Shown piece by piece: positions 1 through 10,344 of a stretch of 64,000 nucleotides of DNA (positions are counted from its first letter, which is position 1; every line of letters begins with the position of its first letter). The position numbers and the translations under genes are program-made. This DNA comes from an uncultured Actinomycetes bacterium (lineage in GTDB: Bacteria; Actinomycetota; Actinomycetes; S36-B12; CAIYMF01), in contig CAVOXP010000002.1 of NCBI GenBank assembly GCA_963700455.1, forward strand, positions 152,011-216,010, written 5' to 3'. The notes under the pieces were generated by a model, which worked only from the letters and a program-made list of their open reading frames with translations, was not told the origin of the DNA and did not search any database.

Positions 1-107
1 CCGAGCACTGCGCTGCCCGGGACGCCGTGCTGGCCGCCCGAACCCGCAAGCAGCTACCGATCGTGGGATTCGCGCCACATCCCGGGAGCCTGTGAGCCAG
101 CCGCGGA

Positions 108-1538
108 TCAGGCGTCCGGGACGAGGACGAGCGCCCGGGGGCCGGTGGGCTGCGTCACGCGCAGCGCCCCGGGACTGCGCCAGGGCACCAGATGCAGCGC
201 TCCGGTGATGTCGTCGGCCGGATGCAGGCGGATGCCGGGGACGGAGAGCCCGACGCAGTCCGCCCGGGGCAGCACGACATCGGTCATCCCCAGCCGGGCC
301 GCCTCCGTGACCCGCTTGCGCGCCCCCGGAACCCTGCGCAGCTCGCCGGCGAGGCCGACCTCGCCGAAGGCCACCCACCCGAGCGGCACGGCCATGTCGA
401 CCATCGAGCCGCGAACGGCCATCGCCACGGCGAGGTCCCCTGCCGGCTCGACCAGCCTGGCCCCGCCCACCGGGGCGACGTAGGTGTCGAACCTCGACAT
501 GGGCAGCGCCTCCCGGCGCTCGAGGACGGCCAGGACCATGGCGATCCGGGCGGAGTCCATCCCCGAAGTGGTCCGGCGCGGCGCCGACCCCCCGTTGGGC
601 ACGACGAGCGCCTGCACCTCGGCCAGCAGCGGTCGGCGGCCCTCCAGCGCCACCATCACGCAGGTCCCGGGCACGGGGTCCGGGCGATCGGTGACGAACA
701 GCCCGCTCGGATCCGGCAGCCCCACGAGCCCGTCCTCGCCCAGCTCGAAGCACCCAACCTCGTCCGTGGGGCCGAACCGGTTCTTCACCGCGCGGACCAT
801 GCGCAGGCGGGCGTGCCGGTCCCCCTCGAAGGACAGCACCACATCAACCAGGTGCTCGAGCGTGCGGGGCCCGGCGATCCCACCGTCCTTGGTCACGTGG
901 CCGACCAGCACGCACGCCATGTTGCGCTGCTTGGCCAGGCGGATCAGTGCCGCGGTGGCCTCGCGCACCTGCGAGACCCCGGACACCACGCCGTCGACCC
1001 CGGCACTGCTCATCGTCTGGATCGAGTCGACGACCAGGACCCGCGGGGCGACGGCCTCGGTGTGCGCGACCACGGCGGAGACCTCGACCTCCGCGGCGAT
1101 GAACACGCCGGCTTCGACAGCGCCGACCCGCTCGGCGCGGGAGCGCACCTGCTCGACGCTCTCCTCACCCGTCACGTACAGCGCCCGGGCGCCCGTCGCC
1201 GCGACCGACGCCGCGACCTGCAGGAGCAGGGTCGACTTGCCCACCCCGGGCTCCCCGGCGAGCAGCACGACGGCTCCCGGGACCAGGCCGCCGCCGAGGA
1301 CGCGGTCGAGCTCGTCGATGCCGGTCGGGTCCGCCGCGGCCCCCGTCAGGTCGATCCCCGTCATCGCGACGGCGATGCCGGACACGGGCCCGGCGACCGG
1401 CACCCGGGTCGATCCGGCCCCGACCTCGGCCACCGTGCCCCACGCCTGGCACTCCCCGCACCGGCCGACCCACTTCGGGGCCTGCCAGCCGCACTCCGCG
1501 CACCGGAACACGGACTTCATCGCACCGCTCGACGCCAT
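108..1538 (-). CDS. radA: DNA repair protein RadA/Sms
   Basis: ORF 108..1589(-). Has an N-terminal zinc finger (FRCAECGWQAPKWVGRCGECQAWGT), Walker A GEPGVGKST, the RadA KNRFG motif and a Lon-like C-terminal domain. Start trimmed to ATG 1536-1538 (MASSGAMKSVF); ATG 1518-1520 is also possible. Confidence 0.93.
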   Translation of the reverse strand: MASSGAMKSVFRCAECGWQAPKWVGRCGECQAWGTVAEVGAGSTRVPVAGPVSGIAVAMTGIDLTGAAADPTGIDELDRVLGGGLVPGAVVLLAGEPGVGKSTLLLQVAASVAATGARALYVTGEESVEQVRSRAERVGAVEAGVFIAAEVEVSAVVAHTEAVAPRVLVVDSIQTMSSAGVDGVVSGVSQVREATAALIRLAKQRNMACVLVGHVTKDGGIAGPRTLEHLVDVVLSFEGDRHARLRMVRAVKNRFGPTDEVGCFELGEDGLVGLPDPSGLFVTDRPDPVPGTCVMVALEGRRPLLAEVQALVVPNGGSAPRRTTSGMDSARIAMVLAVLERREALPMSRFDTYVAPVGGARLVEPAGDLAVAMAVRGSMVDMAVPLGWVAFGEVGLAGELRRVPGARKRVTEAARLGMTDVVLPRADCVGLSVPGIRLHPADDITGALHLVPWRSPGALRVTQPTGPRALVLVPDA

Positions 1539-1639
1539 GGCGCGACGGTACTGCCGCGCCCTGACATCGCGGTCCCATCGCGGTGCCACACCCGCACGAG
1601 TCGCCTAGACTCAGGCGCCTCGACGCATCGGAGGGGGAC

Positions 1640-2719
1640 ATGGCAGGCGTTGACCCGGAGCTCGCGGCAGCACTCGAGCGCGTGGCCCCCGGGACCGAGC
1701 TGCGCGACGGCCTCGAGCGGATCCTGCGCGGGCGGACCGGGGCGCTGATCGTCCTGGGCCACGACCGCTCCGTCGAGGTGCTGTGCACCGGGGGCTTCCC
1801 CCTGGACATCGACTTCACGTCGACCCGGCTGCGCGAGCTCGCGAAGATGGATGGCGCGGTCGTCATCGACTCGACGTCGTCGCGGATCGTCCGGGCGGCG
1901 ACCCAGCTCGTCCCGGAGCCGACCATCCCGACCAGCGAGACCGGCACCCGGCACCGGACCGCCGACCGGGTGGCCAAGCAGACGGGCTTCCCGGTCATCA
2001 GCGTGAGCAAGTCGATGCACATCATCGCCCTGTACCTGCGGGGCCGCCGCTACGTGCTGGAGGACCCGGCGGCCATCCTGTCGCGGGCGAACCAGGCGCT
2101 GGCCACCCTCGAGCGCTACAAGCAGCGACTGGACGAGGTGTCCCGCAGCCTGTCGGCGCTCGAGATCGAGGACCTGGTCACCGTGCGCGAGGTCTGCGCG
2201 ACCCTGCAGCGGCTGGAGATGGTGCGCCACATCGCCAGCGAGATCCGCGCCTACCTGCTGGAGATGGGCACCGACGGCCGACTGGTCGCGCTGCAGCTCT
2301 CCGAGCTCGTCGCCGGCGTCGAGTCGGACCGGGAGCTGGTGGTGCGCGACTACCTTCCCCAGCGCAAGGGGCGCAAGCGGCTCACCGCGAAGGAGACCCT
2401 GGAGGCGCTGGACCTGATCAGCCCGACGGACCTGCTCGAGCTCGCCTCGGTGGCCCGCGCCCTGGGCTACCCGGCCAGCACCGACGGGCTGGAGGCCAAC
2501 GTCAGCGCCCGGGGCCACCGCCTGCTGTCGCGCGTGCCCCGCGTGCCGGAGGTCGTGCGCGACCGGCTGGTCGACCACTTCGGCTCGTTGCAGGCCCTGC
2601 TCGGCGCATCGGTCGACGACCTGCAGCAGGTGGAGGGGATCGGCGAGAACCGCGCCCGGTACATCCGCGAGGGCCTGTCCCGGCTGGCCGAGTCGTCGAT
2701 CCTCGAGCGCTACGTCTGA
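1640..2719 (+). CDS. disA: DNA integrity scanning protein DisA (diadenylate cyclase)
   Basis: ORF 1583..2719(+). DAC-domain motifs LRDGLERILRGRTGALIVLG, DGAVVID and TRHRTA; C-terminal helix-hairpin-helix VEGIGENRARYIREGL. ATG at 1640 is preceded by GGAGGGGG. Confidence 0.93.
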   Translation: MAGVDPELAAALERVAPGTELRDGLERILRGRTGALIVLGHDRSVEVLCTGGFPLDIDFTSTRLRELAKMDGAVVIDSTSSRIVRAATQLVPEPTIPTSETGTRHRTADRVAKQTGFPVISVSKSMHIIALYLRGRRYVLEDPAAILSRANQALATLERYKQRLDEVSRSLSALEIEDLVTVREVCATLQRLEMVRHIASEIRAYLLEMGTDGRLVALQLSELVAGVESDRELVVRDYLPQRKGRKRLTAKETLEALDLISPTDLLELASVARALGYPASTDGLEANVSARGHRLLSRVPRVPEVVRDRLVDHFGSLQALLGASVDDLQQVEGIGENRARYIREGLSRLAESSILERYV

Positions 2720-2768
2720 CCCGGGGCGGACCCGGTCGGAGGCCCGGTCGGGCCCACCGTGGCCGCGG

Positions 2769-3469
2769 CTACTTCACGGTGAACGCCACGGCACCGGACT
2801 CCACCGACCCGTTGCGCGCCACGACCCGGTAGGAGCCGGGCTGTGCGGTGGGCTGGTTGGCGGGGCAGCCCTTGGCCGTGACCTTCCCGGGCCAGGTGAC
2901 CGAGGTCGTCAGGCCCTCGCCGGGGCCGAGCGTGACGATGTCCTCGGCCTTCGACGGGCTGCAGAAGTCCGAGGACCAGACGAGGACCGGGCCCGACGTG
3001 ATCCGGATCTCGTTGGCGCCCGCTCCGAAGTCCCGGGTGCAGGCACCCTCGCCGGTGTTCTCGATGCTCAGCGTCAGCCCCATCCCGGCACCCACCGACG
3101 TCGAGGCCGAGGACGTCCCCGCCACGACGGAGATGTCGGAATCGGCGCAGGACACCGACGCCGACGGGCTCGGGGAGGGCGACGGGGGGCGCTGGCGCTG
3201 GCGCTGGCACTGGCCTGACCGGCGGACGCGGACGGATCCGGCGTCGCCGACGCGCTGGGATCCGGCTCGGGTGTCATGGTCAGCCCGAAGCTCGGCGACG
3301 GACTGGGCGCGACCTCCACGGGCTCGTCGTTCGACCCCAGGGCGACCCGGACCAGCAGCCCGAAGAGCGCGACGATCACCAGCAGCACGACGATCACGAC
3401 GGCCCGCCGGCGCCAGTAGGTGCTGGGCTCCTCCGGACCGACCGGGTTGATGACCGAACTCACGGGCAC
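2769..3469 (-). pseudogene. Membrane-anchored DUF4232-type protein split over two frames
   Basis: ORF 3074..3469 encodes a TM anchor (RRRAVVIVVLLVIVALFGLLV) plus a Ser/Ala/Pro linker. ORF 2769..3155, in another frame, encodes the Cys-bracketed beta domain (SCADSDISV...EGACTRDF...CSPSK...KGCPAN). The upstream continuation of frame 2 reads PPSPSPSPSASVSC, and the frames meet at the G6 run 3184-3189. Confidence 0.6.
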
Positions 3470-3559
3470 ACCGTAACCCGGGTCGGGTCAGGGCCTCCCA
3501 TGGGTGCCCGGTCCCGGGTCCCCGCGGCCAGCTCGGCGCGGGGACCCGCGTGGACCTGC

Positions 3560-6085
3560 TCAGCCCTCCGCGGCATCCCCGGGGCCCGCCCCAGCCGCCT
3601 CCACGGGCGGCACGTCGGGCAGCGTCACCTTGTCGGTGCCGGTGAACGTGAACTCCGCGCCCGGACCCTCGCCGACCACGTCGACCACGACGATCTGCCC
3701 GGCCCGGAGCTCGCCGAAGAGGATCCTCTCGCTGAGGGCGTCCTCCACCTCGCGCTGGATCGTCCGGCGCAGCGGCCGGGCCCCGAGGGCCGGGTCGTAG
3801 CCACGCTCGGCGAGCAGCTCCTTGGCGGCCTGGGTCAGCTCGATGCCCATGTCGCGCTCCTTGAGCCGGTCATCGAGGTGGCTGGCCATGAGGTCCACGA
3901 TCTGGACGATCTCGTTGCGGGTGAGCTGGTGGAACACCACGATGTCGTCGATGCGGTTGAGGAACTCGGGCCGGAAGTGCGCCTTGAGCTCCTGCTGCAC
4001 CTTGGCCTTCATCCGCTCGTACTCGTTGTCCTCGTCACCCCCGGCGAACCCGAGCATCACGCCCTTGCTCACATCCCGGCTGCCGAGGTTGGTGGTCATG
4101 ATGATGACGGTGTTCTTGAAATCCACCACCCGGCCCTGGGCATCGCTCAGCCGGCCTTCCTCAAGGACCTGGAGAAGCGAATTGAAGATGTCCGGGTGGG
4201 CCTTCTCGACCTCATCGAACAGGACGACGGAGAAAGGCCTCCTGCGCACCTTCTCGGTGAGCTGGCCACCCTCCTCGTACCCGACATATCCGGGAGGCGA
4301 GCCGAACAGCCTCGAGGCCGTGTGCTTCTCGGAGTACTCGCTCATGTCCAGGGCGATGAGCGCATCCTCGTCGCCGAACAGGAACTCCGCCAGCGTCTTG
4401 CTCAGCTCGGTCTTGCCCACGCCCGAGGGCCCGGCGAAGATGAACGAGCCGCCGGGGCGCTTGGGGTCCTTGAGCCCGGCCCGGGTGCGCCGGATCGCCT
4501 GGGACAGCGCGTGGATCGCGTCCTGCTGCCCGATGACGCGCTTGTGCAGCTCGTCCTCCATGCGCAGCAGGCGCTGGGCGTCGTCCTCGGACAGGTCCGT
4601 GACCGGGATCCCGGTCATCAGGGCCAGCACCTCGGCGACGAGCTTGTCGTCCACCTCGGCCACGACATCCATGTCGCCGGCCTTCCACTCCTTCTCACGC
4701 TGGGCCTTCTCGACCTGCAGGGTCTTCTCCCGGTCCCGCAACGAGGCGGCCTTCTCGAAGTCCTGTGCGTCGATCGCCGACTCCTTCTCACGGCGGACGG
4801 AGGCGATCCGCTCGTCGAACTCGCGAAGGTCCGGCGGCGCGGTCATCCGGCGGATCCGCAGCCGCGAGCCGGCCTCGTCGATCAGGTCGATGGCCTTGTC
4901 GGGCAGCTGCCGGTCGGAGATGTAGCGGTCCGACAGCCGTGCGGCCGCCGCCAGGGCGGCGTCCGTGATCGAGACGCGGTGGTGGGCCTCGTAGCGGTCG
5001 CGCAGGCCCTTGAGGATCTCGATGGTGTGCGTGACCGTCGGGGCCTGCACCTGGATCGGCTGGAACCTGCGCTCGAGCGCGGCGTCCTTCTCCACGTACT
5101 TGCGGTACTCGTCGAGCGTCGTCGCGCCGATGGTCTGCAGCTCGCCGCGGGCCAGCATCGGCTTGAGGATGCTCGCTGCGTCGATCGCACCCTCGGCCGC
5201 ACCCGCGCCGACCAGGGTGTGCATCTCGTCGATGAACAGGATGATGTCCCCGCGCGTCTTGATCTCCTTGAGCACCTTCTTCAGGCGCTCCTCGAAGTCG
5301 CCGCGGTAGCGCGAGCCGGCGACCAGCGCGCCGAGGTCGAGCGTGTACAGGTGCTTGTCCTTGAGCGTCTCGGGCACCTCGCCGCGCACGATCATCTGGG
5401 CCAGGCCCTCGACCACGGCGGTCTTGCCCACGCCGGGCTCCCCGATGAGCACGGGGTTGTTCTTGGTGCGGCGGGACAGCACCTGCATGACCCGCTCGAT
5501 CTCCTTCTCGCGCCCGATCACCGGGTCGAGCTTGTTCTCCCGGGCGTCCTTGGTGAGGTTGCGACCGAACTGGTCGAGGACCAGCGACCCGGACGGCGTG
5601 CCCTCCTGGGGGCCGGCTCCGGCCCCGGCCGCGGCCGGCTCCTTGCCCTGGTACCCGCTGAGCAGCTGGATGACCTGCTGGCGCACCTTGTTCAGGTCCG
5701 CGCCGAGCTTGACCAGCACCTGGGCGGCCACTCCCTCGCCCTCGCGGATCAGGCCCAGCAGGATGTGCTCGGTGCCGATGTAGTTGTGGCCCAGCTGCAG
5801 CGCCTCGCGCAGCGACAGCTCCAGGACCTTCTTGGCCCGCGGGGTGAACGGGATGTGCCCGCTGGGGGCCTGCTGCCCCTGGCCGATGATCTCCTCGACC
5901 TGCTGGCGCACGGCATCCAGCGAGATGCCCAGGCTCTCGAGCGCCTTGGCGGCGACGCCCTCGCCCTCGTGGATCAGGCCCAGCAGGATGTGCTCGGTGC
6001 CGATGTAGTTGTGGTTGAGCATCCGCGCCTCTTCCTGCGCGAGCACCACGACGCGACGAGCGCGATCGGTGAACCGTTCGAACAT
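3560..6085 (-). CDS. clpC1: ATP-dependent Clp protease ATP-binding subunit ClpC1
   Basis: ORF 3560..6109(-), start trimmed to [13 protein letters not shown] (ATG 6083-6085). Duplicated Clp_N repeat ([13 protein letters not shown] twice) and two AAA+ modules with Walker [10 protein letters not shown] and GPSGVGKTE. Confidence 0.97.
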   Translation of the reverse strand: MFERFTDRARRVVVLAQEEARMLNHNYIGTEHILLGLIHEGEGVAAKALESLGISLDAVRQQVEEIIGQGQQAPSGHIPFTPRAKKVLELSLREALQLGHNYIGTEHILLGLIREGEGVAAQVLVKLGADLNKVRQQVIQLLSGYQGKEPAAAGAGAGPQEGTPSGSLVLDQFGRNLTKDARENKLDPVIGREKEIERVMQVLSRRTKNNPVLIGEPGVGKTAVVEGLAQMIVRGEVPETLKDKHLYTLDLGALVAGSRYRGDFEERLKKVLKEIKTRGDIILFIDEMHTLVGAGAAEGAIDAASILKPMLARGELQTIGATTLDEYRKYVEKDAALERRFQPIQVQAPTVTHTIEILKGLRDRYEAHHRVSITDAALAAAARLSDRYISDRQLPDKAIDLIDEAGSRLRIRRMTAPPDLREFDERIASVRREKESAIDAQDFEKAASLRDREKTLQVEKAQREKEWKAGDMDVVAEVDDKLVAEVLALMTGIPVTDLSEDDAQRLLRMEDELHKRVIGQQDAIHALSQAIRRTRAGLKDPKRPGGSFIFAGPSGVGKTELSKTLAEFLFGDEDALIALDMSEYSEKHTASRLFGSPPGYVGYEEGGQLTEKVRRRPFSVVLFDEVEKAHPDIFNSLLQVLEEGRLSDAQGRVVDFKNTVIIMTTNLGSRDVSKGVMLGFAGGDEDNEYERMKAKVQQELKAHFRPEFLNRIDDIVVFHQLTRNEIVQIVDLMASHLDDRLKERDMGIELTQAAKELLAERGYDPALGARPLRRTIQREVEDALSERILFGELRAGQIVVVDVVGEGPGAEFTFTGTDKVTLPDVPPVEAAGAGPGDAAEG

Positions 6086-6346
6086 GTGGCACCTCTTTCG
6101 TTCCCGCATCCCCCGGGTCTCCCGAAGGCTGCCACTCTAACCCGAACCGCTGACGCCCACACGGACGATCCTCGTGCGGCGGCCGCGTTCGGCAGGCCTT
6201 GCCCCCAACAACACCCGATCGGGCCAGTGACCTTCCACCACCGGCTCCGCCCACGGCGAACACGCCCCACCGCCGCGGGTCATCCCCGCGAGGGTGGTGG
6301 AGCAGCGAAGCGACCGGCCCCCGACGTGCAGCCCGGTCCGGTCGAC

Positions 6347-6673
6347 CTACTGGTTGGCGGCCTCGTAGCGAGCGCGCAGGTCGGCCGAGATCCGGCCGCG
6401 CGAGCTGACCGGGATCCCGTTCTCCGTGGCCCAGCGCCGGATGTCGGCGGTGTCCTGGGAGCGCCGACCGGTGCGGGCACGGCCCTCAGGGGCGCGGCCC
6501 CCGGCCCGCCGGCTGGACGCGATCCACGGCGCGAACACCTCGCGCAGCGCCGCAGCGTTGGCCTCGTTCAGGTCGATCTCGTAGGCCCTGCCGTCGAGGG
6601 CGAACGAGACGGTCTCGGCCGCTGCGCCGCCGTCGATGTCGTCCTCGAGGGTGACCTGGACCCTTCGCGCCAT
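6347..6673 (-). CDS. lsr2: Nucleoid-associated protein Lsr2
   Basis: 108-aa ORF. N-terminal dimerisation region MARRVQVTLEDDIDGG..FALDGRAYEIDL; C-terminal DNA-binding region with IRRWA..G..VSSRGRIS. GGAGA lies 4 nt upstream of the ATG. Confidence 0.92.
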   Translation of the reverse strand: MARRVQVTLEDDIDGGAAAETVSFALDGRAYEIDLNEANAAALREVFAPWIASSRRAGGRAPEGRARTGRRSQDTADIRRWATENGIPVSSRGRISADLRARYEAANQ

Positions 6674-6908
6674 TATGTCTCCAATTGCCGAGCCCCGTTT
6701 AATTTCCCCACGAGCATAGCGATGTCTTTCGACATAAGGAAGATGGGGGTCGCATTCCTGTCCGCAATTCCGCCGTCAATGCGATCGCCACCGGCGCGAC
6801 CATCACAATTGGCGGGCCCCCGGATACGCCTGCATCCCACTGTCGGCGCCCGCCCGCTGGGCAACCGCGTCCCCTGCCATCCACGCGGGACCTCACTACG
6901 CTTCGGCC
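6674..6908. promoter_or_regulatory. Divergent lsr2/ppc intergenic region, locally AT-rich, with a short palindrome
   Basis: 235 bp between divergent start codons. It contains stretches unusual for this genome (ccgtttaatttcc, ttcgacataaggaagatg) and the palindrome ATGTCTTTCGACAT at 6722-6735. No -10/-35 pair could be assigned with confidence. Confidence 0.4.
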
Positions 6909-9641
6909 ATGAACCCGCTGGTCGAGCTCGCCTCCGCACCCGCGCTGCGCGACGACATCCGTCGCCTGGGGGACCTGCTGGGCGAGGCGCTCATCCGGCA
7001 GGAGGGCCCGGACACCTTCGCACTGGTGGAGCAGATCCGCGGCATGGTCCGCGAGGACCCCGACCGGGCGGCGGAGATCGTCGACGACCTCCCGCTGGAG
7101 CAGGCCAGCACCCTGGCCCGGGCGTTCTCGCTGTACTTCTCGCTGGCCAACGTGGCCGAGCAGGTGCACCGCGCCCGGGGCCAGGCCGAGGCGCGCCAGC
7201 TCACCGGGGGCCCCCTGGCCCAGGCTGGCCTGGCGATCGCCGAGGCCGCCGACGCCGGGCTGGTGGCGCGGGATGACGTGGTCGGCGGGATCAGCCGGAT
7301 CGGAGCGCGGCCGGTGTTCACCGCCCACCCGACCGAGGCCTCCCGCCGCTCGGTGCTGCTCAAGCTGCGGCGCATCGCCGACCTGCTCGCCCTGGCGCGC
7401 ACCGAGCAGACCGATCGGGGCATCTCCGAGGCGATCGACCTGCTCTGGCAGACCGACGAGCTGCGGCTGGAGAAGCCCGAGGTGACCGACGAGGCCCGCA
7501 ATGCGCTGTTCTACCTCGACGACCTGGCCGCGGGGCCGGCCGCCGACGTCCTCGCCGAGTTCGCCTCCGCCGCGGCCCAGGCGGGCGTGGCGGTCGACCC
7601 CGCGGCGCGTGCGCTGACCTTCGGCTCCTGGATCGGCGGCGATCGTGACGGCAACCCGTTCGTCACCGCCCAGGTGACCGCACAGGTCCTGGCGATGCAG
7701 CACGACCACGCCGTCCGGGCCCTGCTGCCGCACATCGAGGACCTGTCGGCCCAGCTCTCGGTGTCCGTGCGGATCGTCCCGGCCTCCGTGGACCTCGTCC
7801 GATCCCTGGACGCCGACCTCGAGGCGCTGCCCGACCTGGACCCCCGGTTCCGACGGCTGAACGCCGAGGAGCCGTACCGGCTCAAGCTGACCTGCATCCA
7901 TGCGAAGCTGCGCAACACCCGCGAGCGCCAGGCGCGGGGGCTGCGCCACGAGCCGGGGCGGGACTACCGCACCAGCGGCGAGCTGCTCGCCGACCTGGCG
8001 GTCATCCGTGCCTCCCTGGCGGCGAACCGGGGTGGCCTGATCGCCGCGGGCATGGTCGCCCGGACGATGCGGATCGTCGCGACCTTCGGCCTCTCGCTGG
8101 CGACGCTGGATGTCCGGGAGCACTCCAGCGCCCATCACCACGCCGTCGGGCAGCTCATCGATCGGCTGTCCGACGGGGGCCGTCCCTACGCCGACCTCGA
8201 CCGCGCGCAGCGGTTCGCCCTGCTCGGCGCCGAGCTGGCCGGCAAGCGGCCGCTGGCCCCGCAACCGCCTCCCCTCGACGCCGCGGGCCGGGCGACCTAC
8301 GACACGTTCGTCGAGATCCGCGACGCGCTGGACCGGTACGGCCCGGAGGTCTGCCAGACCTACATCGTCTCGATGACGAAGGGGGCCGACGACATCCTGG
8401 CGGCGGTCCTGCTCGCCCGGGAGGCGGGCCTGGTCGACCTGGCGTCCGGCGTGGCGCGGATCGGGTTCGTGCCGCTGCTGGAGACGGTCGCCGAGCTGCG
8501 GGCAGCCGAGGAGCTGGTCGGCGCGCTGCTGGACGACCCGTCGTTCCGGCAGATCGTCCGGCTGCGCGGCGACACCCTCGAGGTCATGCTCGGCTACTCG
8601 GACTCCAACAAGGACGCCGGGATCACCACCTCGCAGTGGGAGATCCACCTCGCCCAGCGGCGGCTGCGCGACGCCACCGCCGCGCGGGGCGTGTCGCTGC
8701 GGCTGTTCCACGGTCGCGGGGGGACGGTCGGCCGCGGGGGCGGACCCACCTACGAGGCGATCCTGTCCCAGCCGTGGGGCGTGCTCGACGGCGAGATCAA
8801 GGTCACCGAGCAGGGGGAGGTCATCTCCGACAAGTACCTGCTGCCGGACCTTGCGCGCGAGAACCTGCGGCAGACGCTGGCCGCGACGCTGCGGGCCACC
8901 GTGCTGCACCGCTCCTCGTGGGTCGACGACGAGACCCTCGCGCGCTGGGACGCCGTGATGGACGTGACCTCGACGGCCGCCCTGCGCGCCTACCGGCAGC
9001 TCGTCGACGACCCGGACCTGCCCGCCTACTTCTCCTACGCCACCCCCGTCGAGCAGCTCGGCGACCTGCACCTCGGGTCGCGCCCCGCGCGGCGAGCGGC
9101 CTCGGCGGCCGGCCTGGAGACGCTGCGCGCGATCCCGTGGGTGTTCGGCTGGACGCAGGCCCGCCAGATCGTGCCCGGCTGGTACGGCGTGGGCTCCGGG
9201 CTGGCGGCCGCCCGGCGCGCGGGGCACGCCGAGACCCTGCAGCAGATGGCCCAGCAGTGGCCCTTCTTCGCCAACTTCCTGTCCAACGTCGCCATGACCG
9301 CGGCGAAGGCCGACCTGGACGTCGCCGATCGGTACGTCGACCGGCTGGTGCCCACCGAGCTGCAGCACTTCGCCGGGACGATCCGGGCCGAGCACGACCT
9401 CACGGTCGCCGAGCTGCAGCAGGTGATGGGCACGGACTCCCTGCTGGGCAACCAGCCCGGGCTGGCCCGCACGCTGATGGTGCGCGACGCCTACCTGCGT
9501 CCCCTGCACCTGCTCCAGGTCTCGCTGCTGGCACGGGTCCGCTGGCACGCGGGGGAGGGCGCCGAGATCGACCCGCAGCTGCGCCGGGCGCTGCTGCTCA
9601 CGGTGAACGGGATCGCAACCGGCCTGCGCAACACGGGTTGA
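6909..9641 (+). CDS. ppc: Phosphoenolpyruvate carboxylase
   Basis: 910-aa ORF with PEPC signatures VFTAHPTEASRRSV and GYSDSNKDAG, and the canonical C-terminus VNGIATGLRNTG. Confidence 0.96.
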   Translation: MNPLVELASAPALRDDIRRLGDLLGEALIRQEGPDTFALVEQIRGMVREDPDRAAEIVDDLPLEQASTLARAFSLYFSLANVAEQVHRARGQAEARQLTGGPLAQAGLAIAEAADAGLVARDDVVGGISRIGARPVFTAHPTEASRRSVLLKLRRIADLLALARTEQTDRGISEAIDLLWQTDELRLEKPEVTDEARNALFYLDDLAAGPAADVLAEFASAAAQAGVAVDPAARALTFGSWIGGDRDGNPFVTAQVTAQVLAMQHDHAVRALLPHIEDLSAQLSVSVRIVPASVDLVRSLDADLEALPDLDPRFRRLNAEEPYRLKLTCIHAKLRNTRERQARGLRHEPGRDYRTSGELLADLAVIRASLAANRGGLIAAGMVARTMRIVATFGLSLATLDVREHSSAHHHAVGQLIDRLSDGGRPYADLDRAQRFALLGAELAGKRPLAPQPPPLDAAGRATYDTFVEIRDALDRYGPEVCQTYIVSMTKGADDILAAVLLAREAGLVDLASGVARIGFVPLLETVAELRAAEELVGALLDDPSFRQIVRLRGDTLEVMLGYSDSNKDAGITTSQWEIHLAQRRLRDATAARGVSLRLFHGRGGTVGRGGGPTYEAILSQPWGVLDGEIKVTEQGEVISDKYLLPDLARENLRQTLAATLRATVLHRSSWVDDETLARWDAVMDVTSTAALRAYRQLVDDPDLPAYFSYATPVEQLGDLHLGSRPARRAASAAGLETLRAIPWVFGWTQARQIVPGWYGVGSGLAAARRAGHAETLQQMAQQWPFFANFLSNVAMTAAKADLDVADRYVDRLVPTELQHFAGTIRAEHDLTVAELQQVMGTDSLLGNQPGLARTLMVRDAYLRPLHLLQVSLLARVRWHAGEGAEIDPQLRRALLLTVNGIATGLRNTG

Positions 9642-9720
9642 CCCTGGGCACGCATCGGCGCAGCGGGGGCCCCGGATCGCACGCGCCGGACGGCCAGCGG
9701 GTGCTCGAGGGCCCGGGGAC

Positions 9721-10218
9721 TCAGAGCAGTCGCAGCATCCGGTGGTTGCCCAGGGTGTTCGGCTTGACCCGCTCGAGGCCGAGGAACTCCGCGACGCCCT
9801 CGTCGTAGGACTGCAGCAGCTGGGCGTAGACGTCGGGGGTCACCGGGGCATCGTCGATCTCGGCGAAGCCGGCGCGCGCGAAGAACTCCACCTCGAAGGT
9901 CAGGCAGAAGACCCGCGCCACGCCCAGGGCGCGCGCCCGGTCGAGCAGGGCCGCCACGAGCCGGTGGCCTATCCCGGACCGGGTCAGCGCCGGGTCGACG
10001 GCCAGCGTGCGCAGCTCGCCGAGGTCCTCCCAGATCACGTGCATCGCCCCGCACCCGACGACGCGGCCCTCGACCTCGGCCACCAGGAAGTCCGGGACGT
10101 CCTCGAACAACGTGACGGTCGCCTTCGACAGCAGGATCCGCCGCGCGGCGTAGAGGTCGACGAGCTCGCGGATCCGGCGCACGTCGGAGGTGCGCGCGGG
10201 CCGGATGACGATGTCCAC
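9721..10218 (-). CDS. argA: Short-form amino-acid N-acetyltransferase (ArgA-like GNAT)
   Basis: 165 aa. Aligns by eye along its whole length to the M. tuberculosis Rv2747 type (RPARTSDV..I..LV..YA, VVGCGA.HV.W.DLGE.RT.AVDP, FEVEFFAR.GF.EI, KPN.LGN.RML). Confidence 0.85.
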   Translation of the reverse strand: MDIVIRPARTSDVRRIRELVDLYAARRILLSKATVTLFEDVPDFLVAEVEGRVVGCGAMHVIWEDLGELRTLAVDPALTRSGIGHRLVAALLDRARALGVARVFCLTFEVEFFARAGFAEIDDAPVTPDVYAQLLQSYDEGVAEFLGLERVKPNTLGNHRMLRLL

Positions 10219-10344
10219 GGCCCCACCCTAGGTCGCCGCCGGCCTTACAGGACCCGAACCGGCCCGCCACCTCGGTCCAACGCGATCACGGCAGTCTGGA
10301 ACCAGAGCCGGACGCAGGTCCGGTCGTGAGCGAGGAGGCAGACG

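Noticed and set aside
6110-6346. Hairpins between lsr2 and clpC1 (CGCGGG-gatga-CCCGCG nested within CCACCACC/GGTGGTGG arms), considered as an lsr2 terminator or a clpC1 leader element
   Set aside because: The stems are short or widely spaced, there is no U-tract, and GC-rich sequence forms such pairings readily. This is not enough evidence to call a feature.
3500-7276. 1258-aa ORF on the plus strand, the longest in the track
   Set aside because: It lies antisense to clpC1 and lsr2. Its translation is low-complexity and Arg/Gly/Leu/Asp-rich with no motifs. This is a typical shadow ORF of a high-GC genome.
6699-9548. 949-aa ORF antisense to ppc, plus similar long antisense ORFs (192..1748, 12116..14623, 15693..18191, 28827..31712, 34482..37160, 48637..50910 5' part, 50941..52725)
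   Set aside because: Each overlaps a gene with clear family motifs on the other strand or in another frame. Their own translations are Arg/Pro/Gly/Ala-biased and carry no recognisable domains.
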